Positions 47,003-55,980 of a stretch of 64,000 nt of DNA are shown here, piece after piece (position 1 is the first letter of the stretch; the number at the start of each line of letters is the position of its first letter). The notes beneath the pieces were generated by a model that saw only the letters and a program-made list of their open reading frames with translations, was not told where the DNA came from and searched no databases. The stretch spans positions 160,001 through 224,000 of the forward strand of contig OZ255842.1 of assembly GCA_965277805.1 (NCBI GenBank), in the 5' to 3' direction. The position numbers and the translations under genes are program-made. The stretch comes from Candidatus Lustribacter sp. (GTDB taxonomy: Bacteria; Vulcanimicrobiota; Vulcanimicrobiia; Vulcanimicrobiales; Vulcanimicrobiaceae).

Positions 47003-48424
47003 ATGCAGGCGACCGCGCCAAATACCCCGCCCGACGCCCCTAACGTCCGGCAACTCGCCCACGCCGGCGACGCCAAGACCCGCATGCGCCATGCGATGGA
47101 GCACGGGCCGATCGTTGCGACGATGTTCCGGCTCGCGTTGCCGACGGTCTCCGTGCTCGTTATCCAAACGCTCGTCTCCGTCGCCGAGACGTTTTACGTC
47201 AGCTTTCTCGGCACGACGGCGATCGCGGGCGTCTCGCTCGTGTTCCCGGTCGTCATGCTGATGACGATGATGTCCAACGGCGGCATCGGCGCCGGCGTGT
47301 CGTCTGCGGTCGCGCGTGAAATCGGCGCCGGGCGGCAGAAGGCCGCCGACGCGCTGCTGCTGCACGCGATCGTTCTGGCCGTGGTCTTGGGGTTATTGTT
47401 CACGGCCGGAGCGCTCGTGCTCGGGCCGGATCTCTACCGCAGCCTCGGCGGTCACGGTCCCATTCTCACGGCGGCGCTCACCTACTCGGGCTTTCTGTTC
47501 GTCGGTGCGGTTCCGATTTGGCTCGTCAACCTCATCGCCTCTGCATTGCGCGGTGCGGGCGACGTGAAGGTGCCGGCGCTGGTCACGCTTGCGGGCGCGA
47601 TGATCCTGATTCCGTTGTCGCCGGCGTTCATCTTCGGCTTCGGGCCGCTGCCGCGCATGGGCGTGGCGGGCGCGGGCATCGCGGTCTGCACCTATTACGT
47701 CGTTGCGAGCATCGTCTTGGTGGCTTACCTCGCCTCCGGCCGCGCGACGCTGATCTTGCGCATCGCGCCGCTGCAGTGGCGGCTCTTCGGCTTGATCCTC
47801 GGCGTCGGGTTGCTGGCCGCGGTCGGAACGCTGCAGACGAACATTACCGTTGTTCTGTTAACCGGTGCGGCCGGCTCGTTCGGAACGGCGGCGCTGGCCG
47901 GCTACGGGATCGCGTCGCGCTTGGACTATCTCCTCATCCCGCTGATGTTTGGGATTGGCGCGGCCGTGCTGACGATGGTGGGCACGAACGTCGGCGCCGG
48001 AAAGGCCGAGCGCGCGCGCCGTATCGCGTGGGTCGGCGCAGCCGGCGGCTTTCTCTTGACCGGGGCGATCGGCGCCACTGTCGCGCTCTTTCCGCATGCG
48101 TGGCTCGGGCTCTTCACGCACGACGCCGCCGTCGTCGCCACGGGCACGCTGTACTTGCGGATCGTGGCGCCGTTCTACGCGCTCTACGGCGCCGGTTTTA
48201 TCCTGTACTTCGCATGTCAAGGCGCGGGCCGCATCGTGTGGCCGTTCCTGGCGGGAACCGTTCGGCTTTTGGTGAGCGCCGGATTGGGCTGGCTCGCGGT
48301 CATGCACTACACCGCCGGCATCAACACGCTCTTCGCCGCCATCGCCGCCGGCTCGCTGATCTACGGCGCCCTCATCATCGCGTACGTCGCGCTCTCGCCG
48401 CGTTGGGAGCGGGCATTGGTATAG
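47003..48424 (+). CDS. MATE family efflux transporter
   Basis: GPIVATMFRLALP; ALRGAGDVKVP; AGYGIASRLDY; VGTNVGAG. Confidence 0.92.
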   Translation: MQATAPNTPPDAPNVRQLAHAGDAKTRMRHAMEHGPIVATMFRLALPTVSVLVIQTLVSVAETFYVSFLGTTAIAGVSLVFPVVMLMTMMSNGGIGAGVSSAVAREIGAGRQKAADALLLHAIVLAVVLGLLFTAGALVLGPDLYRSLGGHGPILTAALTYSGFLFVGAVPIWLVNLIASALRGAGDVKVPALVTLAGAMILIPLSPAFIFGFGPLPRMGVAGAGIAVCTYYVVASIVLVAYLASGRATLILRIAPLQWRLFGLILGVGLLAAVGTLQTNITVVLLTGAAGSFGTAALAGYGIASRLDYLLIPLMFGIGAAVLTMVGTNVGAGKAERARRIAWVGAAGGFLLTGAIGATVALFPHAWLGLFTHDAAVVATGTLYLRIVAPFYALYGAGFILYFACQGAGRIVWPFLAGTVRLLVSAGLGWLAVMHYTAGINTLFAAIAAGSLIYGALIIAYVALSPRWERALV

Positions 48425-48457
48425 GACCCCGTTTCTCGCGGCGCGTACTTCCCGGGC

Positions 48458-49486
48458 ATGAAGGCCATCGCGTTTCTCCTCGCGTTGCTGCTCTTGCCGA
48501 TGTCGAGCGCTGCGCAGACCGGAACGCCGGCGCCGTCGACGACGCTGAAGGTCCTCATCAGTCCGGGTCTCATCTTTCTGTTGCCGCTCGAGGCCGGCAT
48601 CGAGCGCGGCGTGTTTGCGCAGCAGGGCATCACCGTCGTACCGGTGATCCACAGCGGCTCGAGCCAATCGATCATCCCGTCGCTAGCTCGCGGCGATGTC
48701 GACGTCGCCGCGATCTCGCCGAGCCCGGCCTTTTTCAACCAGTTCTCGGAGGGCTTCGACGCGAAGCTCGTTGCATCGACGATTGCCAGTCATAAGGGCT
48801 GGAATCCGACGATGTGGCTCGTCGTGAAGCAAACCGATTGGGATAACCGGACGATTCGCAACCCGCGCGATCTGCGCGGCAAGCACATCGACGGCATGTC
48901 GGCCGGCAGCGAAGGCTGGTATCTGGCGCGGCACGTGATGACGAACGCCGCGCTGCAGCCTTCGGACATGACGTTCACGTCGCGCTTCTCGACCGCGGCC
49001 GATTGGGTGATGTCGCTGCGCAACGTCAACGACGTGCAGGCGGCATTCGAGCCGACCGTCACGCAACTCGAGCAGCTGCATCTCGGCCACCGCTGGATCT
49101 CGATTGCCGACCTCGATCCGCAGTACACGGAGAGCTTCTTGGGCGTCTCGGCCGCGACGCTCAAAGCGCGGCCCGACGTCATCCGGCGTTTTTTGATCGG
49201 CTACATCAACGCCTGCAAGTACGTGCTGAGCAGCAATGGCAAGTGGACGCCCGAACTCGTGCGCATTTTTTCCAAGTGGTCGGGGCTGACGCCGGACGTC
49301 GTCGCGGCGATTCCGACGCCGCCGTATACCGGCGCGTTCGGACGAATCAACACGGCCGATCTCGAACAGATTCAGCGCTTTTGGCATACGATGGGTCTGG
49401 TCCCGACCGAGCAGAGCATCGATACGCTCGTCGATACGAGCCTCATCATGCAAGCGCAGAAGGGCGCGGGCGTTGTCCCACATTAG
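48458..49486 (+). CDS. NMT1/SsuA-like ABC substrate-binding protein
   Basis: Signal peptide; ERGVFAQQGITV; LARGDVDVA; DLRGK; PDVIRRFL. Confidence 0.82.
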   Translation: MKAIAFLLALLLLPMSSAAQTGTPAPSTTLKVLISPGLIFLLPLEAGIERGVFAQQGITVVPVIHSGSSQSIIPSLARGDVDVAAISPSPAFFNQFSEGFDAKLVASTIASHKGWNPTMWLVVKQTDWDNRTIRNPRDLRGKHIDGMSAGSEGWYLARHVMTNAALQPSDMTFTSRFSTAADWVMSLRNVNDVQAAFEPTVTQLEQLHLGHRWISIADLDPQYTESFLGVSAATLKARPDVIRRFLIGYINACKYVLSSNGKWTPELVRIFSKWSGLTPDVVAAIPTPPYTGAFGRINTADLEQIQRFWHTMGLVPTEQSIDTLVDTSLIMQAQKGAGVVPH

Positions 49487-50366
49487 TCACCGCGACGACG
49501 TCCCGTTTCCGCCCGACTCAAACCCGAACGCCCCCAATTTCAGCGTTCCGGGCGGAAGCTGGGATACGCACTTCCATCTCTACGGACCGCCGAACCATTT
49601 TCCGTATGCCGACACGCGCCTGTTCACGCCGCCCGCGGCGCCGTTCGAACACTGGCAGCGCATCTCGGCCGCGATCGGGATCGCGCGCGGGGTCGCCGTC
49701 ACGCCGGGCATTCACGGCTACAACAACGACGTGACGCTCGACGCGGTCGAACGTTCTGAAGGCCGCGTGCGCGGCGTGATCCGCGCGAACGCCGCGCTCA
49801 CGGCGCAAGACATCGCCGCACTGCACAAGCGCGGCGTGCGCGGCGTGCGCTTCACGTTTGCCGAACATCTCGGGCAGAAATTCGACGTGCAGCTCTTGCA
49901 GACGGCCCTCGCGCGCATCGAGCCTTGCGGATGGGTCATGCAATTTCTCATCGATGGGGACGCGATCGAGCGGCACGCCGATGTGGTCGCCGGCTTGCCG
50001 TTGCCGGTCGTGCTCGACAGCTTTGCCGGGATCACGGCGGGACGCGGGCTCGATCAGCCTGCCGTGCGCGCGCTCTTCGATCTGCTCGCCCGCCCCAACA
50101 TCTACGTGAAGCTGATGTGCGCGGATCGCGAACTCGATGCCGGCGAACGCTACGAGAATATCGTCGGGCTCGCGCAAGCGATTATCGCCCGGGCGCCGGA
50201 TCGCGTCATGTGGGGGTCCGACTGGCCGCACTCCTACCTCTACGAGGCCAATCGCGTTCCGAACGACGGCGATCTGCTGAGCATGCTCTCGGACTTTGCG
50301 CCCGACGAGGCGGTGCGGAAAAAGATTCTCGTCGACAACCCGGTGCGCGTGTTCGACTTCGATTAA
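49473..50366 (+). CDS. Amidohydrolase, 2-pyrone-4,6-dicarboxylate lactonase (LigI)-like
   Basis: WDTHFHLYGP; GVRGVRF; PDRVMWGSDWPH; ILVDNPVRVF. Confidence 0.82.
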   Translation: MSHISHRDDVPFPPDSNPNAPNFSVPGGSWDTHFHLYGPPNHFPYADTRLFTPPAAPFEHWQRISAAIGIARGVAVTPGIHGYNNDVTLDAVERSEGRVRGVIRANAALTAQDIAALHKRGVRGVRFTFAEHLGQKFDVQLLQTALARIEPCGWVMQFLIDGDAIERHADVVAGLPLPVVLDSFAGITAGRGLDQPAVRALFDLLARPNIYVKLMCADRELDAGERYENIVGLAQAIIARAPDRVMWGSDWPHSYLYEANRVPNDGDLLSMLSDFAPDEAVRKKILVDNPVRVFDFD

Positions 50367-50447
50367 CGTCGCCGGTGCTTTTTTGCCGTAGCAAGCTGCC
50401 GGTTTTCGGCTTGACGCACGCGCATGCCGGAAGTAACCTGCTCGCAC

Positions 50448-51149
50448 ATGACGAGTACGAACGGTCCCAATAAACCACTCATCGTTTTTGACGTTAACGA
50501 AACCTTGCTCGATCTCGATACGATGAAGCCGATCTTCCAGCGGCTCTTCGGTGACGAGAACGGGATGCGATGGTGGTTCGATAATCTGATCATGTATTCA
50601 GAAGCGCTCACGCTCGCGAATTCGTACGTTCCGTTCACCGAGATCGGCGGCGCGGTGCTTCAAATGCTCGCCAAGGCACAAGGGAAGACCATCAGTGACG
50701 CGGACAAACGTGAGCTGACCGACAACTTCGCGTCGATGCCGCCGCACCCGGAGGTTCCGGATGCGCTCGCGCGTTTACGTGCGGCCGGCTTTCGACTCTT
50801 CACGTTGACCGACAACCTGCTCGAAATCCAAGGCCGGCAACTCGAGCACGGCGGCATCATCGGGCTCTTTGAACGCCGTTTCAGCGTCGATCAGGAAGTT
50901 CGCCGGCATAAGCCGGCGCCCGAAGCCTACGCCTATGTCGAACGGCAACTCGCTGTACATCCGCCGGATCTCATGCTGATCGCCGCTCACACCTGGGACA
51001 CGATCGGCGCGCTGGGCGCGGGTTGGCATGCGGCGCTCATCAAGCGCCCGCCGAACGAGGTGCTCGGCGTTGGTCCGCAGCCGGAAATCACCGGCACCGA
51101 TTTGCGCGACGTTGCCGATCAGATCATCGCACATTACCCCGCCACGTAG
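50448..51149 (+). CDS. Haloacid dehalogenase type II
   Basis: FDVNETLLDL; LFTLTDN; HKPAPEAY; IAAHTWDTIGA. Confidence 0.88.
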   Translation: MTSTNGPNKPLIVFDVNETLLDLDTMKPIFQRLFGDENGMRWWFDNLIMYSEALTLANSYVPFTEIGGAVLQMLAKAQGKTISDADKRELTDNFASMPPHPEVPDALARLRAAGFRLFTLTDNLLEIQGRQLEHGGIIGLFERRFSVDQEVRRHKPAPEAYAYVERQLAVHPPDLMLIAAHTWDTIGALGAGWHAALIKRPPNEVLGVGPQPEITGTDLRDVADQIIAHYPAT

Positions 51150-51188
51150 CGCAGTGGGCTTTGCGCGTCCCGGAGCGAAGGGAGCGCG

Positions 51189-52130
51189 ATGAATCGCCGT
51201 ACTGCTCTGCTTACCGGCGCCGCGTTGAGCGCGTCGTTTCCGCTGCGCGCGAGCGCGGCTACCGCGATGAGATTCGCCACGAGTCCCAGCGACTCGGGTG
51301 CGCTCGTGTTCGAAGCCGATGCGCAAGGCTATCTCAAGCAGGCCGGCGTGGCCGTGGACATTCAGTACCTCTCGAACGGTTCGGCCTCGATCGCCGCGCT
51401 GCTCGGCGGTGAGATCGACGTTACCGGCAGTAACATGCTCTCGGTCGTGCAAGCGCGCCAGAAGGGCATCCCGATCAAGATCATTGCGCCGCAGGCGATC
51501 TACCGTCGCGGCCAGGCGTCGACGCTGCTCCTGTGTCCGGCGGACTCGTCCGCTCGTAGTGGCCGCGATCTCAATGGGAAGACGGTCGCGGTCAACGCTC
51601 TCGGCGGCTCGCCGCACGTCGCCGTCGAGGCGTGGATCGACAAGAACGGCGGCGATTCATCGACGGTGAAGTATATCGAGATGACGTTTTCCGCGATGGG
51701 GCCGGCACTGGCGTCGAAGCGGATCGACGCGGGGATTCTGAACGAGCCGTCGTTGACCGATGCGCTCAGCAACGGCGCCCGGCTCTTGGGTGACGCGTAC
51801 GGCGCAATCGCACCCTACTGGCTCACCGACTGTTTGGTCGCAACGGAAACCTACATCGCGGCGCATTCCGACGACGTGCACCGCTTCTCCGCCGCGCTCC
51901 ACATCGCCGCAATTTGGTCGAACCGCAATCACGAGAAGACCGCCGACATGGTCGCGAAGCTGCTCAAGATCGACACGCCTGTCGTGCAGAAGATGCATCG
52001 CGCGATCTTCGCCGAGCAGCTCACGCCGGCGATGATCCAGCCTGTGATCGATGCCGGTCTGAAATACGGCGCGATCACAAAGCCGATGCGCGCCGAAGAG
52101 TTGATCGCCCGCGAGGCGGCGACGGGCTAA
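51189..52130 (+). CDS. NMT1/SsuA/TauA-like ABC substrate-binding protein
   Basis: Tat-like MNRRTALL; DLNGKTVAVN; SKRIDAG; IQPVIDAGLKYG. Confidence 0.85.
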   Translation: MNRRTALLTGAALSASFPLRASAATAMRFATSPSDSGALVFEADAQGYLKQAGVAVDIQYLSNGSASIAALLGGEIDVTGSNMLSVVQARQKGIPIKIIAPQAIYRRGQASTLLLCPADSSARSGRDLNGKTVAVNALGGSPHVAVEAWIDKNGGDSSTVKYIEMTFSAMGPALASKRIDAGILNEPSLTDALSNGARLLGDAYGAIAPYWLTDCLVATETYIAAHSDDVHRFSAALHIAAIWSNRNHEKTADMVAKLLKIDTPVVQKMHRAIFAEQLTPAMIQPVIDAGLKYGAITKPMRAEELIAREAATG

Positions 52131-52263
52131 ACTCGGCCGCCACCGTTTTGGCGAATCCGGTGACGCGGACAGCCGAAACGTCCGCAACCGGTGCATCGCC
52201 AGCGGGCGTGAAAAAAACCTGGTCTCGCGCGGGCAATCGAGACTGGGCGTACAACTAATAGGC

Positions 52264-54822
52264 ATGATCGTGCACGGATCGCTCGATGCTATCGTGCGTC
52301 ACCACGCGGTTTTGCGTCCCTCCAGCCCGGCGTTGGCCGGAACGGATGGTCCCGACTGTTCATACCAGCACCTGACAACGCATCTCGATCGTGTCTGCGC
52401 GGAACTTTCGAAGTGGGTGTCGGGAGAGAATCCGGTCATTGCGGTAGCTGCGGCGGGCCGGCCGGAAATGTTTTCCGGCATCGTTGCTGCGATATCAACC
52501 GGCATCTGCGCGCCTTTCGATGCGACTCAGCCGCCGGCGGAAATCGACGCGTTTCTCTCTGACGTCAGACCGTCGCTGGTGCTCGCCGACAACGCCGCCG
52601 TCGACCGTCACGCGATGTTGTTTAGGCGGCACGGTGCCGGCATCGTCCAAATGACAGCCGTCCCCGGCGCGCCGGCCGGCGTCTTTGATGTTTTCGGAAT
52701 CACGCCACAGCAACGCGAGGCGACGGATCCCGCCCGCGCGTACGACCCGGACGTAGCACTAGTCATACGCACGTCGGGCACGACTTCATCGTCGAAGCTC
52801 GTGCCCCATACCGAGGCTCGGCTCGTGCACATGTTCAACTCGATTGCCGAATCAGTGGGCTTGCAGCCGGCGGATCGATGCCTGACGACCATGCCGATGC
52901 AGCATGTTCATGCCGTTACGTGGGTGATCGGCGCGTCGCTCGTTGCCGGGGCCTCGGTGGTTTGCCCGGTACACGTTGATGCCGCCTCGCTCATCGATGA
53001 GCTGCGCACCTACAAGGCCACCTGGTATACGGCAGCGCCGCCGATGCATCGTGACGTGCTGGCATACGCACGGCGCGAAACCCCTCTCGATCTCAGCCTG
53101 CGCTTCATTCGGACGACGGCGGCTCCGATCGATCGGCAACTCGTTATCGATCTTCAAGCCGCGTTAGGTGCGCCCGTACTAGATGGCTATGGTTCGACCG
53201 AAGCACCGTCTTGCTCGTACAATGTGCCGTGGGCGAATAGGCCCGGCTCGGTCGGCCGCGCGATGGGTTGCGAGATCGCGATCCTCGATGGCGAAGTCGC
53301 CGTGCGGGGGCCCAACGTGGCGCCGGCATACGCGAACGGCGCGCGAGAAGCGATCATCGACCCGGTTTCCGGCTGGTATCGGACCGGCGATGCCGGGTAC
53401 CTAGATGAAGACGGCTTTCTCTATATTACGGGCCGGATCAACGAGCGCATCAATGTCGGCGGCGTAAAGATCGCACCGGCCGAAGTCGAATCGGCGCTCC
53501 TCACTCATCCGGATGTCGCGGATGCGGTTGCATTTCCGTTACCGCATCCAACCCTCGGACAGCACGTTGCGGCGGCGGCCGTCCGGCGCGCCGGTGGGAC
53601 CGTGACGGAGACGGAATTGATGGCACACGCGGCGGCGCTCTTGCCGCGCCACGGTGTCCCGAACGTGATCCATTTCGTGCCGTCGATCGCGCGCGACGCT
53701 AGCGGCAAAGTTCGCCGGCACGAACTGACGGCAACGTTCGCTCGCAACCCGTACGCCGCGCATTTGGATGCCGAGCGGTCCAAAGATAGTTCGATTCTGC
53801 ATGCGCTTTCGCGTATTTGGGAGGACGTGCTCGAGTATTCGCCCGTTGCGCTCGACGAGAACTTCTTTGCCGCCGGCGGCGATTCGCTGCGCGCGATCAG
53901 GGTGATGACGCGCATCGAAGCCGATCTGGGCGTCGCGCTGTCGATGGATACGCTGCTCGTGGCCCCGACGATTCGCACGCTCTCGCAAGCGGTGCTCGCG
54001 CAAGCCAACAGCAAGCGCCCAAATGGGCGGATCGTCCCGTTGCGTACGACGGGTTCGCGCCCCCCGCTCTATTTTTACGACGGCGACACGAACGGCGGCG
54101 GCCTGTACACCCGCATTCTGCCCACCGTTCTGGACATCGAGCAACCCATTTATCTCGTTCGTCCGAACGGTGCGTTGGGCGACGCTATTCTCGATAGCAT
54201 CGAACTGATGGCGGATGCCGACGCCGCGATGATTGCAGCGGAACGGCCTTCGCCGGCGTATCGATTAGGCGGTTTCTGTAGCGGCGGTATCGTCGCGCTC
54301 GAGGTCGCGCGACGCTTAGAGGCGGCTGGTGCGAAGGTCGAGGTCGTTGCGCTCGTGGGAAGCTCCGCCCCCAACGCTCGCCTCGAGACATTGTGGGAGC
54401 TGACGTCGCGGGCAGCTCCGTTCATCTCGGATCGGGGTGCTGCTTTCGTCTACCGTTGCTTCCGGAGCATCGTGAACGCTCTTCGGACGCGCACGGTTCC
54501 GAGCGAGTTTCTGAAACTTCGATCATGGTTGGAATCGAGGGTCCGCGGTCTACCGCCCTATCAGCCGACCCTCGATTTCCGCATCTATAGCGATCGTCTC
54601 ATCCGGTACTTCCCCAAACGCTACGACCGCACGGTCGATCTGATTTGGGCCGATGACGATCCGCCTCCGATCACCGGCGATCCATCGATGGGGTGGCGTC
54701 ACGTCGCGCGCGTGCGGCGGCATGACGTGCGCGGCGATCACACGACGATGCTCACCGACCACGTCGTGGACCTCGGCAAAGCTCTCCGCCGCATTCTCGA
54801 CGAGGCCGATCGCGATTCTTGA
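52264..54822 (+). CDS. Stand-alone NRPS-like enzyme: adenylation-thiolation-thioesterase (A-T-TE)
   Basis: A domain: TSGTTSSSK, GYGSTE, WYRTGD, GRINERINVGG, SGKVRR. T domain: FFAAGGDSL. TE: LGGFCSGG and GDHTTML. Confidence 0.88.
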   Translation: MIVHGSLDAIVRHHAVLRPSSPALAGTDGPDCSYQHLTTHLDRVCAELSKWVSGENPVIAVAAAGRPEMFSGIVAAISTGICAPFDATQPPAEIDAFLSDVRPSLVLADNAAVDRHAMLFRRHGAGIVQMTAVPGAPAGVFDVFGITPQQREATDPARAYDPDVALVIRTSGTTSSSKLVPHTEARLVHMFNSIAESVGLQPADRCLTTMPMQHVHAVTWVIGASLVAGASVVCPVHVDAASLIDELRTYKATWYTAAPPMHRDVLAYARRETPLDLSLRFIRTTAAPIDRQLVIDLQAALGAPVLDGYGSTEAPSCSYNVPWANRPGSVGRAMGCEIAILDGEVAVRGPNVAPAYANGAREAIIDPVSGWYRTGDAGYLDEDGFLYITGRINERINVGGVKIAPAEVESALLTHPDVADAVAFPLPHPTLGQHVAAAAVRRAGGTVTETELMAHAAALLPRHGVPNVIHFVPSIARDASGKVRRHELTATFARNPYAAHLDAERSKDSSILHALSRIWEDVLEYSPVALDENFFAAGGDSLRAIRVMTRIEADLGVALSMDTLLVAPTIRTLSQAVLAQANSKRPNGRIVPLRTTGSRPPLYFYDGDTNGGGLYTRILPTVLDIEQPIYLVRPNGALGDAILDSIELMADADAAMIAAERPSPAYRLGGFCSGGIVALEVARRLEAAGAKVEVVALVGSSAPNARLETLWELTSRAAPFISDRGAAFVYRCFRSIVNALRTRTVPSEFLKLRSWLESRVRGLPPYQPTLDFRIYSDRLIRYFPKRYDRTVDLIWADDDPPPITGDPSMGWRHVARVRRHDVRGDHTTMLTDHVVDLGKALRRILDEADRDS

Positions 54823-54849
54823 AACCGCGCTAGCGATCGCGCGGTCTCA

Positions 54850-55980
54850 GTGACCGTGTCTCGTCTTTTCTCTTCTTACCAAATGCGCGATGTGACGCTG
54901 CGCAATCGAATCGTCGTCTCGCCGATGTGCGAATATTCATCGATCGACGGCTTCGCGAATGATTGGCACGTCGTGCACTTGGGTAGTCGCGCCGTGGGCG
55001 GCGCGGCGCTCGTGCTCACCGAGGCGATTGCCGTCACCGCCGAGGGCCGCATTTCGCCGAGCGATCTCGGCATTTGGAAAGACGAGCATATCGAGCAGCT
55101 CGCACGCATCGCCGCGTTTTGCAACAGTCAGGGCGCGGTCTGGGGAACGCAGCTCGCGCATGCCGGGCGCAAGGCCTCAACCAAGGTCACGTGGGAGGGC
55201 GACGGCGCCGTCTCGCCCGCTGACGGGGGCTGGATTCCGGTCGCACCGACGACCGCGCCGTTCAACGACACCTATCCGCGGCCGAGGGCGCTGGAAGAAG
55301 GCGAGATCCTCGCAATCATTCGCGCGTTTGCCGATGCGGCGCGACGTACGCTCGCTGCGGGCGGCGAAGTCATCGAAGTGCACGCGGCGCACGGCTATCT
55401 GATCCACCAGTTTCTTTCGCCGCTCGTCAACACGCGAACCGATCGCTGGGGCGGATCGTTCGAAAACCGCACGCGCCTCGCGCTCGAGACCGTGCGCGCG
55501 ATTCGCGCGGTGTGGCCCGAGCGGCTCCCGCTCTTGGTGCGTTTCTCGTCGACCGATTACGCTGCCGGCGGCTGGGACATCGAGCAAACGGTCGAGCTCT
55601 CACGCATCCTGCGCGGTGAGGGCGTCGATCTGATCGATGCGAGTTCGGGCGGCGCCATCCCGCTGCCGCCGGGCACGATTCCGGTCGGTCCGCTCTATCA
55701 GCTGCCGTTTGCGGAACGCATCCGGCGCGAAGCCGGCATCGCGACCGGCGCCGTCGGCATGATCACGGAGCCCGCCGACGCCGAGGCGATCGTGGCAGAC
55801 GAAAAAGCCGATCTCGTGATCATGGCGCGCGAACTGCTGCGCGATCCGTACTGGCCGCTGTTCGCGGCGCGCCTGCTTGGTGCTAAGGCACCGTGGCCGA
55901 AACAGTATCAGCGCGCCGAGGGTCCGCGGGCATCATTTCGCACTGCGCATATCGCGGACGAACGAAAGGTCCATCACTGA
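54850..55980 (+). CDS. NADH:flavin oxidoreductase / old yellow enzyme (YqjM/NamA-like)
   Basis: NRIVVSPMCEYS; QLAHAGRKAS; HAAHGYLIHQFLSP; GGSFENRTR; ARELLRDPYW. Confidence 0.93.
   Translation: MTVSRLFSSYQMRDVTLRNRIVVSPMCEYSSIDGFANDWHVVHLGSRAVGGAALVLTEAIAVTAEGRISPSDLGIWKDEHIEQLARIAAFCNSQGAVWGTQLAHAGRKASTKVTWEGDGAVSPADGGWIPVAPTTAPFNDTYPRPRALEEGEILAIIRAFADAARRTLAAGGEVIEVHAAHGYLIHQFLSPLVNTRTDRWGGSFENRTRLALETVRAIRAVWPERLPLLVRFSSTDYAAGGWDIEQTVELSRILRGEGVDLIDASSGGAIPLPPGTIPVGPLYQLPFAERIRREAGIATGAVGMITEPADAEAIVADEKADLVIMARELLRDPYWPLFAARLLGAKAPWPKQYQRAEGPRASFRTAHIADERKVHH

Noticed and set aside
55933-55980. 48-nt convergent overlap of the OYE and SBP genes (and 20-nt solA/marR overlap) as antisense regulation
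   Set aside because: Short tail-to-tail overlaps are common in dense GC-rich genomes; no further evidence.
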